Assembly: GCF_000008385.1 (NCBI RefSeq)
Contig: NC_006833.1
Location: 570,001 to 602,000, forward strand
DNA length: 32,000 nt
Source: Wolbachia endosymbiont strain TRS of Brugia malayi
Lineage (GTDB): Bacteria; Pseudomonadota; Alphaproteobacteria; Rickettsiales; Anaplasmataceae
Direction of reading: 5' to 3'
In this document: one piece after another, positions 20,443-30,380 of the stretch
Layout of the letters: each line of letters opens with the position of its first letter
How positions within the stretch are numbered: position 1 is the stretch's first letter
Position numbers and translations under genes: made by a program
The notes under the pieces: generated by a model
What the model was told of the DNA's origin: nothing
The model's database searches: none
What the model saw: the letters and a program-made list of their open reading frames with translations, nothing else

Positions 20443-21804
20443 TTAAACTGCCTGTAACCTCCTTATACATTCATCTTTACCAAGAATTATCATAATATCA
20501 ATGATTCCTGGTGCATCCATCACCCCAGTTATAGGGGCTCGTAATGAATGGTAAATATCGCTTATTTTAGCACTGTGCAACTTTGAAAACTCCTTGACCT
20601 GAGAAGACAAAAAGCCCTTATTCCAGTTTTTATCCCCGATATTCGAGAGAAATGACGCAAGCAACTTGATTATATCAAGGTTAGATTTGACAACTTGCTC
20701 AGCTTCTTCGCTCAAATCAAAAGGTGGGTCTTTTATATAAAACTGCGCTAAATCCAGCAACTCGGTCAGGTAATTTGCTCTTTTTTTTAGTTCCGTTAAC
20801 CCCTGTAATAAATAGTTCTTTTTCTTGTTAGTTAGAGTGCTTTCTCCAAGCATCAGGGTCAGAATATCTTCATTGCTCATATTATTAATATAATGGTTAT
20901 TCAAATGTTCCAATTTTTTAAAATTAAGCCGTGCGGGCGAACGACCAATGCTTTCTAAATTAAACCACTTTACTGCTTGCTCATTGCTAATAATCTCGTC
21001 ATTGCCGTGACTCCACCCAAGCCTCAGCAAGTAATTACGCATCGCTTTTGGCAATATCCCCATTTTTTCGTAGTCGCAAACACTTGTTGCACCGTGCCTT
21101 TTGGACAGCTTATTCCCATCTCTCCCGTGAATCAGCGGTACATGCGCAAAACGTGGAATATCAAAATCAAGAGCCTGGTATATCAGCACTTGCTTGAAGG
21201 TATTAGTGAGGTGGTCAGAACCACGTATTATATCAGTTATTCCTGCATCGTGATCGTCAACTACCACCGCAAAAATATATGTTGGAGTATTGTCAGAGCG
21301 TAAGATCACCATATCATCAAGTTGGTCACTATTCACTTTAATGTGACCGTATATTTTATCATCGACAATGATCTCCTGTGAATCTGGTACGTTAAAACGG
21401 ACAACTGGCTTTGCGTCTGGTATTACACTAGTACATTTGTGCTTATATATTTTCCTTTCCTCTCTCGCTTTTGCCTTCTTTTCTGCAACTTTATCTTCAG
21501 GGCAACAACAGCAATATGCCTTACCTTTCTCAACAAGAAGATTTGCAACTTCGATATGCCGTTCTATTCTTTTCGATTGATATACTATTTCTCCATCATA
21601 GCTCACACCAAGCCATTTTAGTCCATTTATTATCGCATCAATTGCTTCCTGTGTTGAACGTTTTCTGTCAGTGTCCTCAATCCTGAGCAAAAATCTGCCA
21701 CCATGGTGCTTTGCATAGAGCCAATTAAATAAGGCAGTACGAGCCCCACCAATGTGCAAAAACCCTGTTGGTGATGGAGCAAATCTGGTAACTATGTTTG
21801 GCAT
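20443..21804 (-). CDS. gltX: Glutamyl-tRNA synthetase (paralog 2 in this window)
   Basis: 453 aa '[31 protein letters not shown]', 'LLRIEDTDRKRSTQEA', 'HGRDGNKLSKRHGATSV'. Confidence 0.97.
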   Translation of the reverse strand: MPNIVTRFAPSPTGFLHIGGARTALFNWLYAKHHGGRFLLRIEDTDRKRSTQEAIDAIINGLKWLGVSYDGEIVYQSKRIERHIEVANLLVEKGKAYCCCCPEDKVAEKKAKAREERKIYKHKCTSVIPDAKPVVRFNVPDSQEIIVDDKIYGHIKVNSDQLDDMVILRSDNTPTYIFAVVVDDHDAGITDIIRGSDHLTNTFKQVLIYQALDFDIPRFAHVPLIHGRDGNKLSKRHGATSVCDYEKMGILPKAMRNYLLRLGWSHGNDEIISNEQAVKWFNLESIGRSPARLNFKKLEHLNNHYINNMSNEDILTLMLGESTLTNKKKNYLLQGLTELKKRANYLTELLDLAQFYIKDPPFDLSEEAEQVVKSNLDIIKLLASFLSNIGDKNWNKGFLSSQVKEFSKLHSAKISDIYHSLRAPITGVMDAPGIIDIMIILGKDECIRRLQAV

Positions 21805-21964
21805 ATTTGTTTATTATAGCAATGGTAAACGGATGATAGCTAAAATCCATGTCTATAACAATTTAGAATTACTATAAATTATTTATCCTGAAAGATTAAT
21901 TTGCATTTATTTTTACAAATTGTGGTGTATAGTTCAATATCGGTTAAATATAGCCAGGTATGTT

Positions 21965-22702
21965 ATGGGTGAACTTGAATATATAAAAGGTCTGCTTTCA
22001 ACCAATACATGTGCACTTGACTGGTGTTATGCAGGTCCGTCCGATAAAGCAAAATTAATAGCGAATGGAGACAATCTCTTGCATTTAGCTGCAAGGACAA
22101 GAAATGTTGAAGTTTTTTTATCTATTTTCAAGAAAAGTATTAAAAGTGATGTCCGTTTATTAGGGTACAGCGAAGGCAACATAAATCCATTTCATATAGC
22201 AGCAAGAATGCAGATACTACTGAAAGTAATAGAAGGAATATTTGAGCACTTGAATTCAGAAAAAGCTAAATTGCAGTATGATCCAGAAAAGCTAGAAAAG
22301 TTCAAAAATTACGTCAGAAATGCGTTAAGTAGCAAATGTGCGTTAACTGACTCCACAAAAAGGACTCCCCTTGATATGGTTAGTAAGGAAGATAAAGACG
22401 ACATAAGAAAAATTGCAGGCATAAAAGAGAGCTTCTTATGTAATAAGAAATTTCACCTGTGCCTATATATAGTAGGAACTATAGCGTGTATTGCTACCTT
22501 ATGTTCATCTTTATATTTTCTGTGTCTGTGCTCTCAAGAGCTTGCACTAGCTTCAGTAGCAACAATAGCTTCTGGTGGAGTTGCATGTCTGTCTTTTAAA
22601 GCATTTAGCGAGATATACAACTCGAATGACATAAGCACTCTAATGGAGGATATTAGTGCTAAGTGTGCTGCAAAAATAGTAGCACCTGGTACTTATATAT
22701 GA
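21965..22702 (+). CDS. Small ankyrin-repeat-like protein with C-terminal transmembrane hairpin (track start 21920 is a TTG; ATG at 21965)
   Basis: 'AKLIANGDNLLHLAARTRNVEVFLSIFKKSIKSDVRLLGYSEGNINPFHIAARMQILLKVIEGIFEHL', 'STKRTPLDMVSKEDKDDIRKI', then two hydrophobic segments 'FHLCLYIVGTIACIATLCSSLYFLCLCSQELALASVATIASGGVACLSF'. Confidence 0.75.
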   Translation: MGELEYIKGLLSTNTCALDWCYAGPSDKAKLIANGDNLLHLAARTRNVEVFLSIFKKSIKSDVRLLGYSEGNINPFHIAARMQILLKVIEGIFEHLNSEKAKLQYDPEKLEKFKNYVRNALSSKCALTDSTKRTPLDMVSKEDKDDIRKIAGIKESFLCNKKFHLCLYIVGTIACIATLCSSLYFLCLCSQELALASVATIASGGVACLSFKAFSEIYNSNDISTLMEDISAKCAAKIVAPGTYI

Positions 22703-22750
22703 AGAAAGAAAATTACTTGTAGGCAATGACATAGAAATTATACTTATACG

Positions 22751-24730
22751 ATGACAGAAAAGAAGTACAATAAGATTTTAATAGCAAACAGAGGGGAAAT
22801 CGCCTGCAGGATTATCAAAACTGCTCGTAGAATGGGTATATCTTGTGTATGCGTGTACTCAGATGCAGATATAAATTCTGTGCATGTAAGGCAAGCAGAT
22901 GAGTCAAAGTATATCGGTCCTTCGCCTTCTTGCCTTAGTTACTTAAATATTGAAAAAATATGTGAAGTAGCAGTTGAAACAGGTGTACAAGCTGTACACC
23001 CAGGTTACGGTTTTTTAGCAGAAAATCCAGATTTTCCATATGCTCTACAAAAATACAATATAGATTTCATTGGGCCAAGTGCAGAAACAATAGAAGTTAC
23101 AGCTAACAAAATAACAGCAAAAAAAGCCGCAAGAAAGGCTGGGGTCAATATAGTACCAGGATATATGGGCAAGATTAACGATGCTGCCCATGCAGCTCAA
23201 GTTGCGGAAGAGATTGGGTTTCCCGTTATGTTAAAGGCAGCTTCGGGTGGTGGTGGCAAAGGTATGCGAATTGTAAATTCCAAAAAGGAAATTGAACTAG
23301 CATTTACATCAGCAAAAAATGAAGCGGAGAAGAGTTTTAAGGATGGTAGTATCTTTATAGAGAAATATATAGAGTTACCAAGGCACATCGAAATACAAAT
23401 CATAGCAGATAAATATGGCAATGTAGTGTGTCTTGGAGAGAGGGAGTGCTCAGTACAAAGGAATAATCAGAAAATAATAGAAGAAACGCCAAGTCCATTC
23501 ATCAGCGAGAAAGTAAGACAAGAGATGTATGCACAATGTGTTTCCCTGGCAAAGCAAGCTGGCTATTTTTCAGCAGGTACTATTGAGTTTGTTGCGGATA
23601 AAGACCAAAACTTCTATTTTCTTGAGGTAAACACGAGATTGCAAGTTGAGCATCCAGTAACAGAATTTGTAACTGGAATAGATATAGTAGAAGAAATGAT
23701 ACGAACTTCCTGCGGAGAAAAATTAAGGTTCGGTCAAGATGATATTAGACTCACCGGTTCCGCAATAGAAAGTAGAACTTGTGCTGAAGACCCATCGAAA
23801 AGGTTTTTCCCTTCTAGCGGAAGAATAAAATACTACGATAAACCAAATGAAAATGATCATGTGAGAGTAGATGACGGAGTTGCTGCAGGTTCAGAAATTA
23901 GCATGTTTTATGACTCGATGATTGCAAAAGTAATAACATATGGAAAAGATAGAATAGAAGCAATCAGCAGAATGCAAAAAGCATTGTCTGAATGCTATAT
24001 AGGAGGGGTAACAAATAATATAGAATTTCTAGAATCCATTTTCCACCATCCAAATTTTGTTGCAGCAAAGCTCCATACAAGATTCACTCTAGACCACTAC
24101 CCCAGTGGGTTTCATGGTGATTTTGTTACAGAAGAATATATTAAAATATTTATTTTCGCTGGGTTATATGTTCATTTAGAAAATAAAGAAAAATATTACG
24201 ATAAGCCGATCGATGAAGTGTTCGTAGCTAGAATAAATGACAACGAACATCTTGTAAATGCAAAGTACCAAGATAATATTTTAACGACAATATACAATCA
24301 TAACACGTATTCTGTAAGTGGTAAGTGGAAATCAAGTTATAGGTTGCTATGTATTACAATTAATGATGATACTAATATGACATTTAAAGTAGAAAAACAA
24401 GGCAGCAAATACTTCATAAGGCATGCCGGAATGCAAGCTGAGTGCTATATATTTAAACCTCATGTAGCTGAATTAAGTAAGTTAATGTTAAATAACGAAA
24501 CAGAAAAAGCCTCAGTAGATGCTGTAAAATCTCCAATATCCGGTTTATTAGTTAAATTACACGTAAACGTAGGAGATCAGGTAGAAACAGGACAACCTTT
24601 ATTTGTTGTGGAAGCAATGAAAATGGAAAATATCATATGTGCTGAAGCAGAAATGGTAATAAAAAACGTTCTCGTTCAAGAAGGAAAAAATGTACAGATT
24701 GGTGATGTAGTGTTAGTTCTGCTTTCTTAA
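22751..24730 (+). CDS. Propionyl-CoA/acetyl-CoA carboxylase alpha subunit (biotin carboxylase plus biotin carboxyl carrier domain)
   Basis: 659 aa '[23 protein letters not shown]', '[11 protein letters not shown]', '[17 protein letters not shown]', '[20 protein letters not shown]', C-terminal biotinylation motif 'VVEAMKMEN'. Confidence 0.95.
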   Translation: MTEKKYNKILIANRGEIACRIIKTARRMGISCVCVYSDADINSVHVRQADESKYIGPSPSCLSYLNIEKICEVAVETGVQAVHPGYGFLAENPDFPYALQKYNIDFIGPSAETIEVTANKITAKKAARKAGVNIVPGYMGKINDAAHAAQVAEEIGFPVMLKAASGGGGKGMRIVNSKKEIELAFTSAKNEAEKSFKDGSIFIEKYIELPRHIEIQIIADKYGNVVCLGERECSVQRNNQKIIEETPSPFISEKVRQEMYAQCVSLAKQAGYFSAGTIEFVADKDQNFYFLEVNTRLQVEHPVTEFVTGIDIVEEMIRTSCGEKLRFGQDDIRLTGSAIESRTCAEDPSKRFFPSSGRIKYYDKPNENDHVRVDDGVAAGSEISMFYDSMIAKVITYGKDRIEAISRMQKALSECYIGGVTNNIEFLESIFHHPNFVAAKLHTRFTLDHYPSGFHGDFVTEEYIKIFIFAGLYVHLENKEKYYDKPIDEVFVARINDNEHLVNAKYQDNILTTIYNHNTYSVSGKWKSSYRLLCITINDDTNMTFKVEKQGSKYFIRHAGMQAECYIFKPHVAELSKLMLNNETEKASVDAVKSPISGLLVKLHVNVGDQVETGQPLFVVEAMKMENIICAEAEMVIKNVLVQEGKNVQIGDVVLVLLS

Positions 24731-25771
24731 ATAACATAGGAAACATAAACCTGATCCAAATAAGATAAACGAGAACATTTGGTGAGATATAGCAATAGTT
24801 ATTGGTATATGCAACAACAAAGTGACCACTCCTAAAATTATCTGGATGATGACGGAGAGTAGCATAACATACACAGATTTTACACTGGCATTTTTTATTG
24901 TGAGTACTGTTGTCAGGACCAAGATTAGCAATGCTAGTGTTCGGTGTATAAATTGTACTGTTGCTCTGTTTTCAAAGATATTTAGCCATGTAGGCTGTAA
25001 GAAAAATAAATCTTTCGGGATAATGTGTCCACCCATTAGTGGAAAGGTATTGTAAATTAAACCAGCATTTAATCCTGCAACAAAAGCCCCAAAAATTATC
25101 TGTACTACAATCAGGATCAGAATTATTCCTACGTAGTGTACAGTGCTACCACTAATCTTAAGTTTAGTTTGCTTTTGCCTAACTTGATAATTAAAAAATT
25201 GATATGATAATAATGCAAAAATAACCAATGCTAATAGCAAATGAAGTGTGAGCATATAGTGGCTCACATGTGGCTTAGCTACCAAACCGCTTTTAACCAT
25301 ATACCAACCAGTAAAAGCTTGCAAGACTCCAAATGATAGTGCTATAGATAACCTTATTACTACCTTTTTAGATATTCTTTTTTTTAGTGTAAAATATATA
25401 AATGGCAGAATGAAAATCAATCCCGTTAGCCTTGCAAACAATCTATGTACATACTCTATCAAGTATAGAGTACGAAACTCCTCCATGCTCATACCATAGT
25501 TAAATGTTTTATATTCAGGTGTAGTCTCATATTTTGATTTTTCTTGTAGCCAGTCTCGTTCGTTAAGTGGTGGAAACGCTCCAGTAATTGGGTTCCACTC
25601 TGTAATAGATAGCCCTGCTTTTGAGAGTCTGGTAAATCCACCAATCCCCACCATGAGGACTATCATGATAGAGCAGAGAAATAGCCAAATAGCTACGGAT
25701 TTTGATTGTTTTTGTTCCATAAACCATGCTGAATTTTGTTCCATTGCTGAGGGCAAGTAATAAATTCCCAC
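24713..25771 (-). CDS. ctaA: Heme A synthase (COX15/CtaA family)
   Basis: '[47 protein letters not shown]', '[19 protein letters not shown]', '[21 protein letters not shown]', '[10 protein letters not shown]'. True start is probably an internal Met (position 10 or 18 of the track ORF). Confidence 0.92.
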   Translation of the reverse strand: MGIYYLPSAMEQNSAWFMEQKQSKSVAIWLFLCSIMIVLMVGIGGFTRLSKAGLSITEWNPITGAFPPLNERDWLQEKSKYETTPEYKTFNYGMSMEEFRTLYLIEYVHRLFARLTGLIFILPFIYFTLKKRISKKVVIRLSIALSFGVLQAFTGWYMVKSGLVAKPHVSHYMLTLHLLLALVIFALLSYQFFNYQVRQKQTKLKISGSTVHYVGIILILIVVQIIFGAFVAGLNAGLIYNTFPLMGGHIIPKDLFFLQPTWLNIFENRATVQFIHRTLALLILVLTTVLTIKNASVKSVYVMLLSVIIQIILGVVTLLLHIPITIAISHQMFSFILFGSGLCFLCYLRKQN

Positions 25772-27290
25772 AGGGCAAGAAAAGATGCAACACTATGCAG
25801 CAGGTTATAGACAGGAGAAAATACCAATGCTACATAAAAGTGAAAAGGCATCTTTTGCTGCTTGATCGCTATTGTCGAAAGAATCAGATTAGTAATGTAT
25901 ACCACTGCAAAGTAGTACAAAAATAATTTATTTAAAATTTGAGTTAATATCAATAAAAGCAATAAAAAAGGAGTAGTGAAAAACATAAAAGCTGTAGAGC
26001 CAACAAAAAGATTCAATAGTAAAATTCCTTTGAGTCCAGTATGTTTATAAAGTGACTTCATATTTTTTTAATGAATAATATAAGTTTGCATGTAGCATTT
26101 GATCCAACGTGCTCATTTTTTTCTTAATCCAAGAAAACATAGTAGTTGGTAATTCTTCTAATGTTTTCAAATCAATAATTTTAGTTTTATATCCCATTTG
26201 TGCAAGTCTCAAAACTATTCAGCATCTTCAGTAATGTTATAAGCATCCCAAAAAAGTACTTTCCATAAAATCTCTACTGAAAAATGGGTACTGCTACCAC
26301 CCAAAGGTATCTGTATGTTCATTTTTTGGAATCCAGGCAATAAGTACGGAAACAACTCATATATTTCAAAGAAAAGGATTTTGTCAGAAAATTGTGATTG
26401 TGATTATAGTAATTTAGTCTTGCCTGCACACAAGATAACTCATCGTTATCCCGGTCAAATTCAATCAGTGTTTTTTTTAACTGTAATGGGTCTAACTTGT
26501 CATCTACATCATACATTACTACATACTTTCCCCTTACAAGGCTCATAGCATAATTGTATAACCTGGCCTTTATTTTAGGTAAAAAAAGAGGTACCTTCAT
26601 TACTTCAAAATATTGTGGTAAAGTATGTTTTTCTATAGCTGTAAGCATTTCCTGATTATTACTTTCTATAAGAAACTCTACTTCTAATTCCGATCTTGGG
26701 TAATCCAAACTTTCGATACTTTCAATCAATTGTTCTATTATTGCACTTTTTTCAAAAGTAGGCAATAAAATAGTATGTATAGGAAAATCTTCTCCGTTCA
26801 TCTTATCATAACTCATTTTTCGGTTGGAGGTTTCATATAAGCTAAAAACCTTAGTTATAAATTTGAACAAATAATTAGAACATCCAACTATAAATATCAA
26901 CGTCAAAGCAAAATATGTATATTTCTCTGCTAGCATTAAAATTGAAGTTGCAACAAGGAAAGAAGCAAAAAATACTGAGCCTAGTTTAATGTTCTTGACT
27001 AAAAAGTCATGGTTTTTATATTACAAATAATTGCTCGCAAATTCTGAAATACCAAAGTGCGAGTTAAAAAAATTTAAAACTTGTTCGCCACTTGCTTTTA
27101 TTAATACATAGCCATCACCGTAGCTAGTCTTGATCCAATGGCTGATATCTCGACTTGCGTATTCAACCATAAAAAAAGTAGTGTTGCTTAATTTTTGCCA
27201 GGGTGCTATATTAAACTCATAGTAAAAGAGTTCTCCTTGCTCCCTACACAAATTGACACCGAACTTATTTTTTCTATGTTACTAGCTTGA
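25693..27290 (-). pseudogene. Degraded family-2 glycosyltransferase-like membrane protein
   Basis: Three pieces in order: 27251..27021 (in-frame TAA, followed in the same frame by 'YKNHDFLVKNIKLGSVFFASFLVATSI'), 26936..26319 ('HTILLPTFEKSAIIEQLIESIESLDYPRSELEVEFLIE...YVVMYDVDDKLDP'), a frameshifted 'LPGFQKMNIQIPLGGSSTHFSVEILWKVLFWDAYNITEDAE', and 26061..25693 ('TGLKGILLLNLFVGSTAFMFFTTPFLLLL'). Confidence 0.85.
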
Positions 27291-27315
27291 AGTATAGGTA
27301 ATTCCTGCATTAAAC

Positions 27316-27792
27316 CTAATGCAGTTTCTTATTTAGGTTGCGCGAGAACGAAGATATAACCTCACTACTGCGCTTATCATCCTTATGTTCTTGCATTATT
27401 TTCTTTACAGCATCAGCAGCTATATTTGCTGTGTTAGCTTGCAAATCTCCAATGGCTTTTTCAACTTGATCAGTAACTTTCTCCAAGTAAGAACGGGCAT
27501 TGTCATCTAATGTCCGATCTAGCTGCTTTCTATTATGCTTAATGATACTATCAGCCTTATCAAATGCTTCATTCATCATTTTATTAACTTCCTCATCTAA
27601 TTTTTTGTATTTTTCAGAAGATTTTTTGTAATACTCCAACATATCTCTTCTGAATTTTTCAATCTCTTCATTCGTAAGCTTGCTCTTGTTGCGCTTGTCG
27701 TTAAGAGCGTTTTTTATCACTTTCTTTAATAACTTATATGAAAAGATAAAGCCTACAAAAAAAGCAAGACCAACAATTAGTGACGTAGACAT
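27316..27792 (-). CDS. atpF: ATP synthase F0 subunit b
   Basis: 158 aa, single N-terminal TM then long charged helix; adjacent to the b', c and a subunit genes. Confidence 0.8.
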   Translation of the reverse strand: MSTSLIVGLAFFVGFIFSYKLLKKVIKNALNDKRNKSKLTNEEIEKFRRDMLEYYKKSSEKYKKLDEEVNKMMNEAFDKADSIIKHNRKQLDRTLDDNARSYLEKVTDQVEKAIGDLQANTANIAADAVKKIMQEHKDDKRSSEVISSFSRNLNKKLH

Positions 27793-27800
27793 AAAAACTC

Positions 27801-28280
27801 CTAAAATTCTTTAGACACCAAATTAGCAACAAATTCCTTTTTAATTTCAGAATTAGTCAACTTATTGTAATAAATCAAGGCAATATTAGTAGTCATTTGC
27901 TTTAACTCATCAGTGTACTCAGACTTAAACTTTGCAACTCCTTCTTCAATGAACTTACTTATTTTTTTGTCTTCCTCTTCTAATATATTCTTCACGTTAG
28001 CCTTCATCTTTTCTACCTGGATTAATGCATCATCTATAACTCTTTTTACCTGTATCTCAGCTTGATTCAAAGCTGTATTATATTTAACAGTCTGATTTTC
28101 TATGAGCCTTAGAAGACAAATAGAACTATTAAAAGAATCCAATGCCCTTTTACTTCTAGTATTTATTATTCCATCTAACTTTGGCAGAAATAAATAACGT
28201 ACTACAAAAAACAGTAAAGAAAAAAAAATTAAAAACCAAAAAACTTGAGAAAAGAAAGTTGAAACATCAAGCTGTGGCAT
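27801..28280 (-). CDS. ATP synthase F0 subunit b' (b-type)
   Basis: 159 aa 'MPQLDVSTFFSQVFWFLIFFSLLFFVVRYLFLPKLDGIINTRSKRALDSFN', typical b' N-terminus. Confidence 0.92.
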   Translation of the reverse strand: MPQLDVSTFFSQVFWFLIFFSLLFFVVRYLFLPKLDGIINTRSKRALDSFNSSICLLRLIENQTVKYNTALNQAEIQVKRVIDDALIQVEKMKANVKNILEEEDKKISKFIEEGVAKFKSEYTDELKQMTTNIALIYYNKLTNSEIKKEFVANLVSKEF

Positions 28281-28283
28281 GTG

Positions 28284-28511
28284 TTAAGCAACGAACATCA
28301 ATAACATTGCAAGAACAAACGCGAGCAACCCCGTAAATTCAACCATACCAGCACCAACATAAACGTAAATTTTCATTTTACCTTCCGATTCAGGGTTTCT
28401 TGCAAGCCCACTTAGCATAGTAGAAAATATATTTGCTACACCAAGACCTGCCCCAAGTATGCCAAGTACGCTTAAACCAATCGCTATAAACTTTAAAGCT
28501 ACTAAATCCAT
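28284..28511 (-). CDS. atpE: ATP synthase F0 subunit c
   Basis: 75 aa 'KFIAIGLSVLGILGAGLGVANIFSTMLSGLARNPESEGKMKIYVYVGAGMVEFTGLLAFVLAMLLMF'. Confidence 0.96.
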   Translation of the reverse strand: MDLVALKFIAIGLSVLGILGAGLGVANIFSTMLSGLARNPESEGKMKIYVYVGAGMVEFTGLLAFVLAMLLMFVA

Positions 28512-28571
28512 ATATCACCTTTAACTATTTCTTTAATGTATTAATTATAAAATATTCTAGAGAAAAGTCAA

Positions 28572-29297
28572 TTACTTTACTGCATCCGATAAATATATAC
28601 ACGTTAATATAGTAAATATATAAGCTTGTAGAATTGCAACAAACACTTCAAATCCTATTAGTGCAATTATAAACAAAAACGGTATAGGGGTTAGAATCAA
28701 ATGCATATTCATAATAAACCCTGCTACTACTTTGATAATTGTATGACCCGCAATCATGTTTGCAGCAAGCCTTATTGATAAGCTTATAGGCCTTGCCAGG
28801 TAAGCAAATAGCTTAATAAAAACCATCATGGGTGCAAGCCATGATGGGATACCTTCCGGTAACAGTATGCGTAAAAAATTTATTCCCTTTTCTTTGAATC
28901 CAACAATTGTTGTATAAGTAAAAACTATCATTGATAGGGCAAAAGTAACTATCACATGACTTGTAACTGTAAAACTATAAGGAAGCATACCAACCAAATT
29001 ACACGACAAAGTAAAAGTAAATACTGTGAATACCAACGGAATGTGCTTTAGGCCTTTGCTTCCAGTATTACTTTCTATTATGGAAGTAATAAAATCATAT
29101 ACGTACTCAACCGCAGCTTGCAAATAGCCTGGTATTACTGCCCCTTTTCTTACCCCCAAGAGCAAGAAAAGTATAACCGATACTACTGAAATCATCATAA
29201 AAAGGGATGAGTTGGTAAAATTTATGTCATGCCCAAATAATTTAGGTAACTCTACTATTGTATGTATTTTAAACTGTTCTAGCGGATTTAACGCCAT
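28572..29297 (-). CDS. atpB: ATP synthase F0 subunit a
   Basis: 241 aa '[23 protein letters not shown]', '[29 protein letters not shown]', '[21 protein letters not shown]'. Confidence 0.97.
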   Translation of the reverse strand: MALNPLEQFKIHTIVELPKLFGHDINFTNSSLFMMISVVSVILFLLLGVRKGAVIPGYLQAAVEYVYDFITSIIESNTGSKGLKHIPLVFTVFTFTLSCNLVGMLPYSFTVTSHVIVTFALSMIVFTYTTIVGFKEKGINFLRILLPEGIPSWLAPMMVFIKLFAYLARPISLSIRLAANMIAGHTIIKVVAGFIMNMHLILTPIPFLFIIALIGFEVFVAILQAYIFTILTCIYLSDAVK

Positions 29298-29443
29298 TTT
29301 TTGATCCTATAGACTTAGATTATAATAGTAAATAAAGTACTAATTTTATAGGATGAAGTCAAGAGTTAAGATAGTACAGGGCCATATAATACTAAACTTC
29401 TTGCAAACCATATAGTTTTTGCCTGGCCATCATTTAGGTAGCT

Positions 29444-29765
29444 CGAAAAACTACTTGACAAACCTCGCAGCCCCATAGCATTGAAGGTATTTAGTTACCT
29501 TCAATCTGTGCAGATTAAATGACAAAGTATTACGTAGTTGGCGTCTTATATTTAATTTTTTACACCATATGTACCTCATGTCTTCACAACTTTTCTAAAG
29601 TTTTTACCTATATAAGCTGAAATGCGCTTATAAAGCATTTAAGACAGTATAAAATGCCAATTTGCAGGATTAGAGAGTAAACACTATCTACCACTGGATA
29701 TCTTTTGCCTTTTTTCCCACTTAGTAAACTCCTTAAATATCTATAGCTAAAGCAATTTAAGAGTA
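29444..29765 (-). repeat. Dispersed ~300 bp intergenic repeat, copy C (inverted)
   Basis: Reverse complement reads '...ttgctttagctatagatatttaagg...gtttactctctaatcctgcaaattggcattttatactgtcttaaatgctttataagcg...cagcttatataggtaaaaac...atttaatctgcacagattgaaggtaactaaataccttc...ggggctgcgaggtttgtcaa'. Confidence 0.9.
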
Positions 29766-29980
29766 GCAGCGCTATAAAAAACGCCAATATTTAAAATAAT
29801 AACTATTTGTCTCTTTTTCTAGGTTATGTAAGAAGCCTGTTAGTGATTAGTAAAATGTATACTAGAGTGCTGATTGCAGTTGTGCTGTATTTTAAAATTT
29901 AATAACTTTACTAAATTATTAAATAACTTTACTTTACACGTTATCTTATTTATAATTTAATTTTTTAGTAAGATATATCA

Positions 29981-30254
29981 TGAATAAAATAAATTTTATT
30001 AATATTAATCAATCTTTAAATTTAGAACAGGAATTTGACAATGGACACATCAAGCTAACGGATAGTTCCTCTAACGAATATATTGGCTATTCCAAAGTGG
30101 AAAGTAAAATACTAGTGAAAGCCATGACATAATAGAAAACTTAACTATTGATGGTTACATCTACAATTTCCATGAAGACAATCATAATATAAATCTTGAG
30201 TACTATATGGGTATAGATTTAAAAAGTGATATAAACAAAATTCCTTCTCTTTGA
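29981..30254 (+). pseudogene. Short hypothetical coding remnant, frameshifted
   Basis: 'MNKINFININQSLNLEQEFDNGHIKLTDSSSNEYIGYSKVES' continues only in another frame as 'ESHDIIENLTIDGYIYNFHEDNHNINLEYYMGIDLKSDINKIPSL*'. Confidence 0.45.
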
Positions 30255-30278
30255 AAAGATACATAATCACATATGTAA

Positions 30279-30309
30279 ACTTCTCTATTGTTTCTTGCAA
30301 TAGAGAAGT
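30279..30309. terminator. Strong hairpin between hypothetical remnant and pheT (possible terminator or processing signal)
   Basis: Perfect 12-bp arms ACTTCTCTATTG (30279-30290) / CAATAGAGAAGT (30298-30309) with a 7-nt loop. No clear trailing T tract. Confidence 0.45.
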
Positions 30310-30380
30310 CATTTACTACAACAAACTTTAAAAGCATTATATTTTATATTACAATAACTTTTTTGTCTCTTTAAAGATTC

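Noticed and set aside
20977-21686. + strand ORFs (20977..21303, 21368..21580, 21439..21621, 21471..21686) antisense to gltX
   Set aside because: Overlap the intact gltX; mutually overlapping in several frames, so no basis for calling them genes.
24713-24730. 18-bp convergent overlap between the CoA-carboxylase alpha gene and ctaA as unusual
   Set aside because: Short tail-to-tail overlaps are common in compact genomes; both genes end normally.
24822-25055. ORF antisense to ctaA (also 25563..25793, 25726..25926)
   Set aside because: Inside or mostly overlapping ctaA and the glycosyltransferase remnant; no independent evidence.
29900-29933. Direct repeat aataactttact x2 as a possible CRISPR-like or iteron array
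   Set aside because: Only two 12-mers 22 bp apart in very AT-rich sequence; no array.
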